Assembly (NCBI RefSeq): GCF_018350175.1
Contig: NC_058368.1
Coordinates: 39,496,001-39,560,000, forward strand
Source: Felis catus
Lineage: Eukaryota
Length of the DNA: 64,000 bases
Reading direction: 5' to 3'
Positions within the stretch are counted from its first letter, which is position 1, and each line of letters begins with the position of its first letter. The translations under genes were made by a program, and so were the position numbers. The notes under the pieces were generated by a model. It searched no databases. It saw nothing but the letters and a program-made list of their open reading frames with translations, and had not been told where the DNA came from. Below are positions 41,000-53,888 of this stretch, one piece after another.

Positions 41000-42256
41000 A
41001 CAAGGCTTTTCACACAGACACCACCTTTATTAAGTGGGACTGGAGGTTTACTCAAAGTTCTCTGGACAAAGAACATCAGGGAACCATTCTTGAAGAGTAC
41101 ACACACGAATTGATAGCCACCCCAAGAGATCTGCTGTCTTTCTGGAGGGTAAGAGAAGTACATTCTGAGAAGTTCATGACGCACAGCAAAGGAGACAAAA
41201 AGTGGACTTTCACGGTTCAAATTAGGACACAACCACTTGAAGGGAAGGTCTTGGAAGGAGTTCACTTATAAATCAGTTAATCACGGCAGATATGATAGGG
41301 TACATAAAATTTTAAAAGGAGTGAATGCTCTCCACATTAAGAAAAAGTATTTAAAAGGAAGATGCAGCATTAGAATACAGGAAAAGGATGCTATAAATTA
41401 AAGCTTTTAGCTAGGCAAGAGCAACCTAACCGATTTTTAACCTTTTTGCCAACTTATGGAAAATTTTAGTTTTCATCAACTAATTGATTTGATTTGCTTT
41501 AAGACTGAGAAAGGGGCAGTTTTACAGATAAGAATTTTACACAAGCTATCTCTCCTCTTTTGATATTCACATTTGCACATTCTAGAAGTAAACCAGAAGA
41601 GAAGCCCAAATATATTCTCTGTTTTAGCTTTTCCAGATGTAGATTTCAGTAATAGCTGCAAAAGAACCACATCATAAATAAGTTCAGAGAAGGATGTGAA
41701 ATGTACCTTTCAAATGCACTCACTCTAAGTTATGGAACTGGTTTAAAAAAAACTTAGTTTTTTAGAGGATTACTAGACAATTATAATGACTGATTTGCTT
41801 ACTTTATATAGTAACAGTGGAAATGTCATTCATATTCAAGAAACACTAACTGAATCCTGCTTGCAAACTCTGAGTTTATAAATTTATGTCAAGTATGTAC
41901 ATTGGCAGAGAAAACAATATTGAGGAATATAACAAGCATCTTCTATTATAACAGACATAGACCTTTCAGTCAGTATTTTCTGCCCACCTCCACTTAGTTT
42001 CTCTTCCCCATTAGTCTCTATTCTCCTATCTTGCTTTAATATTCTTCTGTGGTCGTTACCTCTTGATTTTTATCTGTCTTTCCAGCCCCTCATCTCCCCC
42101 ATAGAATATAATCTTCATGAAAGCAGAGAGTTCATTTTGTTCATTGCCATCTCCCACACCAGAGGCTCAACAAATAGCCATACTTTGTACCTTGAATGTA
42201 TTAGACACTATCCTCAGCAGTAAAGGTATGATGCTGAATAAAATAGATGCAATCCC

Positions 42257-42350
42257 GAGGCACCTGACTCTCTTCATCAGTAGAACATGTGACTCTAAAT
42301 CTCAGGGTGGTGACTTCAAGCCCGGCACTGGATGTGAAACCTACTTAAAA
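42257..42350 (+). mobile_element. Short, old tRNA-derived SINE
   Basis: gaggcacctg...acttcaagccc...cctacttaaaaaa, the same type as 267-360. Confidence 0.7.
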
Positions 42351-42363
42351 AAATTCAAAGAAA

Positions 42364-42573
42364 GGGGCGCCTGGGTGGCTCAGGCAGTTGGGCGTCTGAC
42401 TTTGGCTCAGGTCATGTTCTCACAGTTTGTGAGTTCAAGCTCCGCATCAGTCTTTGTGCTGACAGCTTGGAGCCTGGAGCCTGCTTCGGATTCTGTGTCT
42501 CCTTCTCTCTGCCCCTCCTCAACTTGTGCTCTATGTCTCTCAAAAAATAAATAAATGTAAAAAATTTTTTTTT
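42364..42573 (+). mobile_element. Can-SINE nested in the tail of the preceding SINE
   Basis: TSD aaattcaaagaa (42351-42362 / 42574-42585). Confidence 0.95.
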
Positions 42574-43297
42574 AAATTCAAAGAAGAAAAACATATAATC
42601 TTTGCTTTCACGGAATTCACTCTTATTTTTTAGGGTGAAAATAAGTTATCAAGCAAATATGAACATTTCAGAAAGTGATAAATGGTAAAAAAAAAAGCAT
42701 GAAACAAACAGCGAATACTGTATATTAAGAAGTGACATTGTGACATTTGTGAATGCAGCAAATAAATGGAGTCAAAGTGGCATTAATAGCTGAGTCAAGG
42801 ACACATATAGAAATAGTAAAATACTCAGCTTGTTCTGACACTGAATATTCCTCACCATTACTTTCCTGTTATGAACACATTAAATAGAAAGACTGGTTGG
42901 TTGTATGAAGAGGAAAAAAAATTAGGTAAAACAGAAAGCAAAAAAGTCTTGAATTTTTTTTTTGGCAGTATAGTTCTATAAGTCATGTTTGAGTGACATT
43001 TGTTTAACACTAAAACATTTGTTTCTGGAAGATGAATGCTGTTTCCCTATGCTCTATTCCTAAATGGGTAAAGCACCTGATAAAGGGAGGGACGTTTTTC
43101 CTCTATGACTGTATCATCCAAAAAGGTTCCCAGTGTCCTAGTGAAGACATTTTGTCATAGTATGGAACAGTACCAAGGTATTGTGTCTTTATGCTTATTT
43201 GAACCATGCTTATAAAATTAAATTTCCCTCCAAATCATTAGTATTAACACAATATATGTATCTGCATATGCACATATATATATACATATATGCATAC

Positions 43298-43355
43298 ATA
43301 TAGGTGTATATATGTATGCATATATACATATATGCATACATATATACACCTATAT
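43298..43355. repeat. Near-perfect 58-bp AT-rich palindrome
   Basis: 28-bp perfect arms (atataggtgtatatatgtatgcatatat and its reverse complement) with a 2-nt spacer. Confidence 0.9.
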
Positions 43356-44604
43356 ATCAATTGTGCTTAAAACTAATGGCAAATTATGTTCCTTTTTAAC
43401 CTTCTCCATTTTTGCTTCATATTTACTCTTACAAGTATCATTAATGCAAATGAGGCATTTCAGTTGACCCCATAATGCCACAAAATGTTTTAAGTAACTG
43501 CAACCATTGGGTAATAAGGTACCCATATTTTTAGGAACAAGAATGAGGTGGTAGAAAGGTCTCTAGAACACTTAATTCCCAGATATTTTGTACTATTTTA
43601 GTCATGAATACAGAAATCATAGATATTATAAATTTCAATGGAAGCCCATCTCTGATTCAGAGCGATATATACATTAAATTATGCTTGTTATTGCCAACGG
43701 TGTTGTATCTGAAGTTGAATTTTCCCAATTTCTCAGAAGTGACAGTTAAGTTATAATCTCAGCATGTTCAGCATGCTTAATGAACTCCTTGGGGAGACCA
43801 GAATATCTGTAACACAATTAACTTCCCATTCTTATGTAAATGAGGAGTTTCAGAGTCCCTGATGGAAGGCTGCTTTTTGGCTACAGTTAGCAAATGTATG
43901 CTATTAAATGACACACGGAGCCTTAAGCTGAAATTTAGACTTCACTAATTTGTGCTGTGACATGTGCAAAGTGCTTTGGAGGAAATATGAAACCCAGTTG
44001 TTTAAATGTAGCTGATGAAATAGGGATTATCACCCTTGGCTAAACTGTCAGCAGCAGCCTGACTGCTTTTACCAGTTTCTGCACTTTCAGAAGGAATATT
44101 CAACGTGTCTTTCACTGGCAATATTTGCTCTAATATTACCATTCTCTCATTACATAACTGAAGTTATTTTTCTCAGATAAAACAAACATAACAGCAGACA
44201 GTATGTCTTTTCCTCAGTTGACCTCGAAGTGAATATACACTCACCCAATATTTATTGAGGATCTAAAATACGACATTTACTACAAAAGTCTTAAAACTAT
44301 ACTTAAGAATTTTAAAGCTAAATATCTTAATATAAAGAATATCAATTGGAAAATGTAATGCGTGAAATTAAATATATTCTTTTTGTGCATTCTTGAGCAT
44401 GCATAATATCTGGACAAGTTTTATGAAATCTAAATGTTAAATCAAAACACAAATCTGAGATTTAAAATGTATTTCTTGTGTAGGCCATGCAGGGATAATA
44501 TTTAAAATAAAATCATCTAGCAAGAGTATACCCACAAAATAAACAAAAGAACATACATACCAAAGGAAAAGCCCTTGAATACCTTTAGATATTAGGAAGT
44601 AGAA

Positions 44605-44802
44605 TGACTGCTTAAAGGACAGGTTTTTTTTGGAGTAATGAAAATGTTTTGGAATTAGAGGTAGTGGTCGTACTACATTATGAATGTACGAAATGCCCCT
44701 TTATAATATTAATTATAAGTAATTTATATAAACTATTTTTTCTTGCCCTATTCAGAGGCAAGAATTTTATGTCATATAAATTTCACCTCAAAAAAAAAAA
44801 AA
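44605..44802 (+). mobile_element. Old L1 (L1MB-like) 3' end
   Basis: ggagtaatgaaaatgttttggaattag...aatttcacctcaaaaaaaa. Confidence 0.7.
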
Positions 44803-45072
44803 GACAGGTAAACTAGTCTCAAATACAATCTTAAATATATTCTATTTACCTTAAAATAAAAAAGGAGTTTAAAATTTAGAAACACTGTGATTATTTAATG
44901 TTCTTGAAATAAAAATAATCCTTAAAAATTAACTTCAGAAAAAATGCCTTGCTTCAGTTAAAAAAAAAAAAAAGGCAACATAGTCTTTGATATCTGCCCA
45001 TCTTTTCCCAGATCTTGAACGAATTTTTTCTTCAGGCACAGATTCTGGTGTTCGGGAATTCTTAAAGATTTG

Positions 45073-45260
45073 TGGAACTCCTCAGTGGCTCAGTAGGTTA
45101 AACATCTGACTCTTGATTTTGGCGCAAGTCATGATGGCTCAGTTCATGGGATGGAGTTTCCCTGTCAGTGCAGAACCTGCTTGGTATTCTCTCCCTCTCT
45201 CTCTCTGTCCCTTCCCTGCTTTCTCTCTCTCAAAATACATAAATATACATTTAAAAAAAA
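45073..45260 (+). mobile_element. Can-SINE
   Basis: TSD gaattcttaaagattt (45056-45071 / 45261-45276). Confidence 0.92.
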
Positions 45261-45408
45261 GAATTCTTAAAGATTTATAAGATTTGTATTAATTCATGGT
45301 GGCAGGGCTAAAAATAAAGTATTTCCCATGAATGTGGAAATAACACTGTCTGCAATTGTTAAAATATAATTTTATCTATGATGGATCGGAACTGAATAAA
45401 TAGAACTA

Positions 45409-45610
45409 TTTTTTTATTATTTTATTTTATTTTATTTTATTTTATTTTATTTTATTTTATTTTTATTTATTTTGAGAGAGAGAGAGCGGGGTAGGGGCAG
45501 AGAGAGAGAATCTCTGGCAGGCTCTGCACTGAGATAGGGCTCCTCCTTGGGATCATGACCAGAGCCAAAATCGAGTCAGGCACTCAACCGACTGGGTCAC
45601 CCAGGAGCCC
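45409..45610 (-). mobile_element. Can-SINE with (TAAAA)n tail
   Basis: Head at the right end and expanded pentamer tail. Confidence 0.9.
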
Positions 45611-45714
45611 AAGAACATTATTTTAAAAAGGAAGAATGATTCCAAGTGAGATTCTGACTCTGATCCCACTTTTGATCACTAAGCCTAGTTGTTGATTCCA
45701 TTACATAGGTTCCA

Positions 45715-46496
45715 CCTCACACATTAGGTAATTCTCTAACACCAGCTTGCTGTCTTACATTTCAACTCAATTGTGACAGCAGGGATCTACCCAGAGATAG
45801 CTTCAGCTCCCACAGTTTAAACTCAGTCCCACAAGAATGACCCTCACTTTAGACTTCAATAGAAAGTCTAAGTTGTTACCTGTGCTTCTGACCTACTGAC
45901 TAAACCAGAGGTTCCCACATTTCTTACTTGGGTTTGATTAATTTGCTAGAGCTGCTCACAGAACTCAAAGAAGCATTTTACTTCCTAGATTTCCAGTTTA
46001 TTATAAAAAGATATAACTCAGAGACAGCTAGAAGACATAGGGTGAGGTATAGGAAAAGGGCATAGAGCTTAGAAAGGGCACCACTCCACATGTTTACTAA
46101 AGCAGAAACTCTCCAAACACCATCTTTTGCCTTTCTATGGAGTTGTTATTACATAGTCATGATTGATTACCAAACTGGCCATTGACAATTGATTTAACCT
46201 CCAGAACCTCTCTTCTCCCCAAAGTCATGGGCATTACTGAAAGTTCCAACCCTCCAATCACAAGGTTGGATCCCCTGGCAACCAGCCCCCATCTATAGAT
46301 TATTCAGTTGGCTTCCAAAGTCACCTCATGAACATAACAAAAGGCACATTTATCACTCTCCTCATTTAGGAAATTCCAATGGTTCTAGGAGTTCAGGGCC
46401 AGAAAAGGGGAGAAAGATATATATATAGATATAGATATATAGATATATAGATATATACATATATATAGATATATTTCTTATTATAAATTGCATCAC
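45715..46496. mobile_element. Solo LTR (MER21-like)
   Basis: aattctctaacaccagc...ctcagtcccacaaga...taatttgctagagctgctcacagaactca...ttcttattataaat...tcaca. Confidence 0.75.
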
Positions 46497-47238
46497 ACCC
46501 AATTTGCTAATAACTTCTGTGGCTTGATGAATAAAATATTTATGTCCTGCATCATCAGAGTCTACCAACACTCAAAGTACATACACACACACAAAAAAAA
46601 GGAACATTAGGGAGGCAACTATTAGCACTATTTATTCTTAACCCTATTCAGGGGAGAGGAATCCTTGTCCTCAGGGCTCTATAGGTCCACGTCAAGCAGT
46701 AGATCTGTATTAAAGAGGTGAGTAACATCTTTCTTGGATCTGATTTCCATCCTCTCCACCATGCGTACTCTTCCACTTGTAATTGGTTTCTCATTCATGT
46801 ATTTTGTGATTTTTGCTCTTGTGACCCTGTCCAGTGAAAGAAATTCATTATTTTTGTCTTGCTAATTTAGGTTTTGAGAATGAAAGTCTGAAAGCCTCAA
46901 CCCTGTGACAAATCATTTGCCAAGATGATGCCACCCAGGTAAGAAATCTATTGTTAGAGCTAATTGGGTATGACCAGTCATATCTATGTTTTGCTGATAA
47001 TTTCCATTTGGAATATACAGTCCCTTAAAAGGCATGATGTATTTTGAAAATGTAAAGATTAGAAGTGGCATATTTGGAAAAAAACTGTATCAGTAGAGTT
47101 TATGCAGAAAGTAAGAACCTCCTAACCTATGTCACAGGTTACTAGAGGAGGGTAAGAGAGTGTGCAGTGGAACGGGGCCAGAGTATCTGAGCCCAGCCTA
47201 GATAAGCTAACCTCCAGCCCATTTAAGAAGAGTGCTTA

Positions 47239-47460
47239 GGGGAGCCTGGATGGGTCAGTTGGTTAAGTGTACCACTCTTGGTTTCAGTTCAGGTTATGAT
47301 CTCAGGGTTTGTGAGTTCGAGCCCCATATCAGGCTCTCTGCTGTCAGCACAGAACCTGCTTCCAGTCTTCTGTCTCCCTCTCTCTCTGCCCCTCCCCTGC
47401 TCATTCTCTCTCTCTTTCTCTGTCTCTCAAAAATAATTTAAAAAAAAACAAACAAAAACA
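47239..47460 (+). mobile_element. Can-SINE
   Basis: TSD aagagtgctt (47228-47237 / 47462-47471). Confidence 0.93.
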
Positions 47461-48599
47461 TAAGAGTGCTTCAAGCTAAAATCAATAAAAAATGCAGTCA
47501 CTGAGTTTTGCAGTGGATTGTTAAACAACAGTAATAACTGATACAGTGAGATATATTAAACAAAAACAAGTGATCCTTGTTTGAAGAGAAAAAGAGGGAG
47601 GGGAGGGAGAAGACAATAACTGAAAATCACAAGGCAATTACAGAAATTTGAAGACGATTGCTTATTTAGTGAAGTTAATAATAATTATTACTTTCCCAGA
47701 TGTGAGAAAATATCTGTGGTTGTTCTTATTAAATATTTCTTCTCTTCTATTTATACAGCCTCTAATAATGGTGGATAAAATGGTGGGGTAAGGGAGAAGC
47801 CAGTTGAAAAAGGTATATACGTGAGTTGATAACTATTTATGTGGATGGTGAGTACACGGAGATCCAATGTATTACTGTTTCTGCTTTTGAAGGCCATCAG
47901 AAATGTCTATACTAAACATGTAAAATAAAATCCACAGTAAAAGCACAGGAAAGGTGAAGAGATACTTTTGCCATGATCATAGAGCACTACATGGATAAGC
48001 TGCAGAAATAGTGACACAAATGGAGCACAAGGGTAAAAGAACCCAAACTCTACAAGCATTCTGACAAAGCTAACATTATGAGGGGAATACAAGGTCTTTA
48101 AAATCAGCAAAATACGCACTTTTTTACTACATAAGTTACTTACTGGTTTTGTGACCAAGTATTTAACTTTCTGAGTCATGGTGAACTACTGGTAAAATAA
48201 GGTATACTTTGCAAATGAATATGTGGATTACGTTAAAAAACAGAAATAATGCAAGCACTAAGTTATATAGCAGGTGACATTTATGCAAAAGTTAGAGCTA
48301 TTACCACTGTTTTTGGGTCTGACCTATAATATCTGCGATATACACAAGGAAGTTCAGCTTCTTGTAGTAAATGCACTGAAACCATTATAAATTATGTCTC
48401 ACATAAATAAATAAAGTCTGTATTATTGTATATAGTATCCAATAATGAAGCTCGCTATGATTAAAATTTAACTTGGGACAAAGGATGGACAAGCATGTCT
48501 CTGATTTTTTATATTATATAGAGAGCTAAACTCCTAATTTAAATGTACTCAGTGTAAGCTCATGAACATTCCTGTGGAGTGGCAATGCAAGTGTAAAAA

Positions 48600-48809
48600 T
48601 TTTTTTAGTTTTTTTTTTTATATTTGAGAGAGAGAGAGAGACAGAGCATAAGCAGGTGAGGGGCAGAGAGATGGAGACAGAATCTGATGCAGGGTCCAGA
48701 CTCCTAGCTGTCAGCACAGAGCCCAAGGCAGAGCTCAAACCCATGAACCATGAGATCATGACCTGAGCTGAAGTCAGATGCTTAACCAGCTGAGCCACCC
48801 ATGCGGCCC
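48600..48809 (-). mobile_element. Can-SINE
   Basis: Head, (CT)n tract and tail on the minus strand. Confidence 0.93.
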
Positions 48810-50318
48810 ATGCAATGTATTTTTTTAAATGCCTTTACTAGTTACACCCCTAATTTGTAAACATTTGTTTTGGGCATCATAGTTTTGTTTTCTTTGTTTT
48901 GTTTTGTTTTGTTTTTACTGAGACAAAAATGTCAGTTATCATTTCCATCTTTTGATAGTCAGAGAAGCAAACATCCACAAATAACTGCTGGTAGTAAAAC
49001 CATCCCATTTTGTGTGTGTGTCACTGAAGTGTTTTTAAAAGCACTTCAAGATGCTTTATAGATATTTTCAATCTATAAGTGGTTGCTTTAGACTAAACTA
49101 GCAAAGTTCAAATAATAAAATACTTAACTTTAAATATTTTATATTATGAAGGTGGGTCATTTTAGGGCGGAGATTCTCTATGAGGGCTGTAAAGGTGTTT
49201 TCCCCCGCTTCCATTACTAAAGCAAGGGGTTGAGACACAGAGGAAAACAATATCTTTAAAGCACTGCTCTGTATCTCTTTGTCAATTGCTGTGTCATACA
49301 GTAATGTGTACTTGCTGAAAGATTTAATAATATCCAATTCTACTATAGGGAACAAGAGAAGTGAACATGAGGAACAAATAAAGAGAAAAAAATGAAAGTA
49401 TAGACAGCAAATAGCTTGTAAGTCACAGGTGAATCTTATAAGCTGTGTTAAGTACTGATATAGAAAATTATCTCCAAATTATAATAGAGATTGAATAAAA
49501 AGAACATATGTAAGAAGAACCAAGGTGTAGACAGAGTAATTAATTAATATCAATTATACGTAGGAAGGGATGGCAGTACCAAATATATATTAAATATTCA
49601 TAAGGGACATTTCATATCACTTCCATCTTGAGAGCTGTGACATCCCTAAATTAACCACCCAATGGTGACACTCATTCTGGCCCATATGTCTTCTGCCCAA
49701 AGCACAGCAACAGCTTCAATGCTGTCATTAGGCTATCTGCAGATTACTATTGTAGCCAGATTTGCTTGCCTCTGCATCTTTTCTATTGAACAAGTGTGAC
49801 TTGAGTTTATGTATCTTCAGCCACTAAGGCCACTCACCCATGGTGAACTCTAATCCTCAAAAATCACACTATTAGTGGAGAAAGCTGATGCAGCAGATAA
49901 AGGACAAGACACGTGGACGCTGTACAATATGGAATTCAGGCAATGTGGTTCTTCCATCCTGCTTGAACCCTACCTTAGAATTTTAACCTATCCATCTCCT
50001 TCTTTCTCTTTGATTATTTCTCTGCTTTAGATAGATTCAATAAACCATGCAATTTAAATTGGAATTATTTATCTGTGATTCTTTCTGTTCCACGACCTCT
50101 AGAATAGCCTGCTTGGTAGTATATGGATCAGTATATGTATATATATGCATACATACACACAGAAAACACACATATATATATACATATCTGTGCATATATA
50201 CAGACTTGCAAATACATAATATATATATGTTTACATATTATATATGAAAGCATTACTGTATATATAGACATATAAAATAATATTTGATATAGTATTTTTA
50301 GAAAAATGTATTTTGTGA

Positions 50319-50541
50319 GGGGCGCATGGGTGGCTCAGTCAGTTGAGCTTCCGACTTCGGCTCAGTTCATGATCTTGGGTCCATGGGTTTGGCCCTGCAT
50401 CCAGGCTCTGTGCTGACAGCTCAGATCCTGGAGCCTGCTTTGGATTCTGTGTCTCCCTCTCTCTCGTCCTTCCTGCCACTTGCACTCTGTCTCCTGCTCT
50501 CTAGAAAATAAATAAACATTAAAAAAAGTTGTTTTTTTTTT
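50319..50541 (+). mobile_element. Can-SINE
   Basis: GGGGCGCATGGGTGGCTCAG head. TSD core tattttgtga on both sides. Confidence 0.93.
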
Positions 50542-50702
50542 AAAAAGCATATTTTGTGATTAAACCAGGAATGTGTGATTCTTATCACATTGTTTCTGTA
50601 AAAATTAGAGTGGAAATTTTTATTTTTATTTTTAAACCAAAAAAAGTGTGAAGCATAAATCAACATTGCATTCTTGTGTACTTTTTATCCTCATTACTTT
50701 TC

Positions 50703-50921
50703 TTTTTTTTTTAATTTTTTTTAATGTTTATTTATTTTTGAGAGAGAGAGACAGAGTGTGAGCAGGGAAGGGGCAGGGAGAGAAAGACACAGAATCCGAA
50801 GCAGGCTCCAGGCTCTGAGCTGTCAGCACAGAACCCAACGCAGGGCTCGAACCCACAAAACGTGAGATCATGACCTGAGCTGAAGTTGGAGGCTCAACTG
50901 ACTGAGCCACCCAGGCGCCCC
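50703..50921 (-). mobile_element. Can-SINE
   Basis: Perfect TSD atcctcattacttttc (50687-50702 / 50923-50938). Confidence 0.96.
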
Positions 50922-52267
50922 AATCCTCATTACTTTTCATAAGTACACAGGACAGATCAGTGTTAATATAATTTTACATGTAAAATTCTGGAATGTGTTA
51001 TGTACATGTAATATAGTACTTCAGTGCATTACTTAGGACATTATCATTAATCCATCCTCTTCACTTCATTCAGAAGTCTGGGTAAGCATGGCTACTTAAT
51101 TGATGATGTCACTGAGAAATGTTGACTTTTGACCCCATCTGTATGCCATGACATGTTTGAAGCAACCATATTATATGTTGCACTGTATTCCTCTCAGATT
51201 ATCTTGGAGCTTTGTGAACAGTTGTGATTGTATTTCCATAAACATGTGCTTACTGGATAATCAATTTCATTTTAGCAATGAAAATCTTCTTTGACTTGTT
51301 AAAAAAAGGAGGGGGGTCAACATTAAAGATCAAAGTAGCAGAGTGCAAACTGCAGAGGAGTTTCAATAATAATTTTGACCAATTGCTAGGCATAGAACAA
51401 CCTGTAAAATAAATCAAATTAACAAATATATTTAAGCAACTATAATAAAATATTTTCAATATTTAAGAATCCAGATTCAAAATGATATAATATTAAAATC
51501 ACCGTTTGATCACTATGTAATTCAGCAATTTGATGCACTCATGTTATAAAATGGCTTTTATTGTAAAACACTTCTGAGCTCTTTTGCAAGATATTCTATT
51601 ATTTTCTTACATACTCTGCATTAAGCCCAATAGGTCTATAAAATGCCTTTATCCAGTGGTGATAGAGACCATAAAACCAGCTGAATAACTGAACATTTCA
51701 TTTCACTTCACCACTAACTAGTCTTATAAAGATCACTGAGGGAATGCCATTTTTATATTTTTTCCCAATACTAAACTTCTTTTCTGAAATTTTAATGCCT
51801 CTTTTGTGAAAGATTACTTTAAATCCCATTTAAAGCTATTAGATTTCTCTGATGAATATTTTAGAGATATGTCTCATGACACTCTTAAAATTAAAAAAAA
51901 AACAATACTAAGGGAAAATATCTTTCATGTCAAGAAACTGAATCATTCAAAGTCATTTTAATCAAGGCATATCTCATGTATAATTTTAGATATCAATCCA
52001 CAAAACTTTATAAAGCATTTTTATATACGAATGACCAATTTGTGAAAAGTGGAATGAACGTTGTAGATAAATCTAAAAGATACATAAAAATTATTTTACA
52101 TAAAACATCAAATCATTATTCCATGCTGTTTACATTTATTTTTTTGAAAATAAACATGTTAGTTCATATTTGACAAAGACAAGCATGAAGCTTTATGCCA
52201 TCAAGGATACAGATATGAGTCAAAAAAATCATACATGATGACTACATTTCAGTGTTGACTAAGTCAC

Positions 52268-52635
52268 TATATTGGTTTGCTAAGGCTGCCATAACAAAGG
52301 ACCACAGAGTAGGTGGCTTAAATAATATAAATTTATTTTGTCACAGTTCTGGAGGCTATAAATCTGAGATCAAGGTGTTGGCAGGATTGGCTTCCTCTGA
52401 GACCTCTCTCCTTGTCTTCTAGGTGGCCATCTTCTCCCTATGTCTTCACATGGTCATCCCTCTGTCACGATATGTGTGCAAATGCCTCATACTGGGTTAG
52501 AGACCATCCCAAACAACCTCAATCTAGTGTAAGTATTGTTTAAGGTCCTACCTTCAATACAGTCACATTCTGAGATACTGGGAGATAGGACTTCAGCATA
52601 CAAATTTTAGGGGGACACAAAGCTGCACATCAAGA
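52268..52635. mobile_element. MaLR solo LTR (MLT1B-like)
   Basis: ggctgccataacaaa...cacagttctggaggct...gagatcaaggtgttggcagg...acagtcacattctgag. Confidence 0.85.
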
Positions 52636-52794
52636 CAAATTTGCATGAAAAAAACCTATTACTGTAAATTTAGTCTACTCTTTGAGCTAGAGAAGTGTGC
52701 ATCTCTAAGTGTCTGCCTGATGCACATAACTTTATGAACAAAATTAATAAGGCAGCTTTTTATTCAAACCACTAAGAAGCATAGATTTACCTTT

Positions 52795-53202
52795 TGCATT
52801 CGTCTGAGTCCTTCAGAAAAACAAAATAAATAGGACACACATGCACACACACACACATACATGTACACATATAGTGAGGATGAGTCATCTCAAGATCTGC
52901 AGTCAATGACCAAGGCAAACTGATGGTATATTTCCAGTCTAAATCTGAGTCTGAGGGCAAGACCAGGGTCCCAGGTCAAAGACAGCAGAGAGAGCAAATT
53001 ATCCCTTACTCAGCCTTTTGTCCTATCTAGGCCTTCACAGATTGGATGAGATCCAGTGACATTGGAGAAGGCAAACTGGTTTACTCAGTTAACGAATTCA
53101 GATGTTACTCTCACTCAGAAATACCCTCATAGACACAGTCATGAAAATTTTTAACCAAATATCTGGGCCCACTCAAGTTGACACATAAAATTAACCATTA
53201 TA
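52795..53202. mobile_element. ERVL solo LTR (MLT2-like)
   Basis: Starts tgcattcgtctgagtccttcaga with (CA)n, and ends caagttgacacataaaattaaccat. 5-bp TSD CCTTT (52790-52794 / 53203-53207). Confidence 0.85.
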
Positions 53203-53493
53203 CCTTTTAACTCCTATATTCCTATCTCCTAACACAATGACAGATAGATTTTGTGAGTTCTAAGACTTTGACAATTTTGAGGGACACTTTGCAGGAAAAT
53301 AAAAAAGATGGGATTAAAAATAAAAATAGGCACAAAATGAATAGTAATTTAGAATGAGAAACCAAATCACATCAAATAGTCTTTAAAAATTCCAAATGGT
53401 AGTGATTACCATGAAGAGACCAATTCTACTCCTTCCTAGCTAGGGCCTTCAAGAAAAAAAAAAAAACTGCCCTTTCAGTGCTGCCACTGATCT

Positions 53494-53589
53494 CTTTTTT
53501 TTAAAATGTTTATTTATTTATTTTGAGAGAGAAAGGGAGGGGAATACAGAAAGGGAGAGAGAATTCCAAGCTGGCTCCATTCTGACAGG

Positions 53590-53628
<39 letters not shown>

Positions 53629-53888
53629 GTGTATGTGTGTGTGTGTATCCTATTTGTTTTTCTGGAGGACTCAAACTAATACAAAAGGTAAATCTATGCT
53701 TCTTGGTGGTCTGAATAAAAAACTGCCTTGTTAATTTTGTTCATAAAGTTATGTGCATCAGGCAGACACTTAGAGATGCTGACAGTGTGGAGCCCGAGGC
53801 AGGGGTAGATCTCACCAACTGTTGAGATCATCACCTGAGCCAAAATCAAGAGTCGGACACTTAACAGGCTGAGTCACCCAGGCACCCC
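53494..53888 (-). mobile_element. Can-SINE split by a 190-bp insertion
   Basis: Tail half at 53494-53588 and head half at 53779-53888. TSD cactgatct (53485-53493 / 53891-53899). Confidence 0.9.
53589..53778 (-). repeat. Inverted duplicate of 52699-52870
   Basis: Reverse complement reads catctctaagtgtctgcctgatgcacataactttatgaacaaaattaa..., matching from 52700 onward. Flanked by a duplicated ctgacag. Confidence 0.95.

Noticed and set aside
40972..41271. Overlapping 97-98 aa ORFs on both strands
   Set aside because: No recognisable domain, and they sit at the edge of an LTR-like repeat. Likely chance.
43850..44120. Non-repetitive stretches (also about 14930-15330) that could be conserved enhancers
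   Set aside because: Cannot be supported without cross-species alignment or chromatin data.
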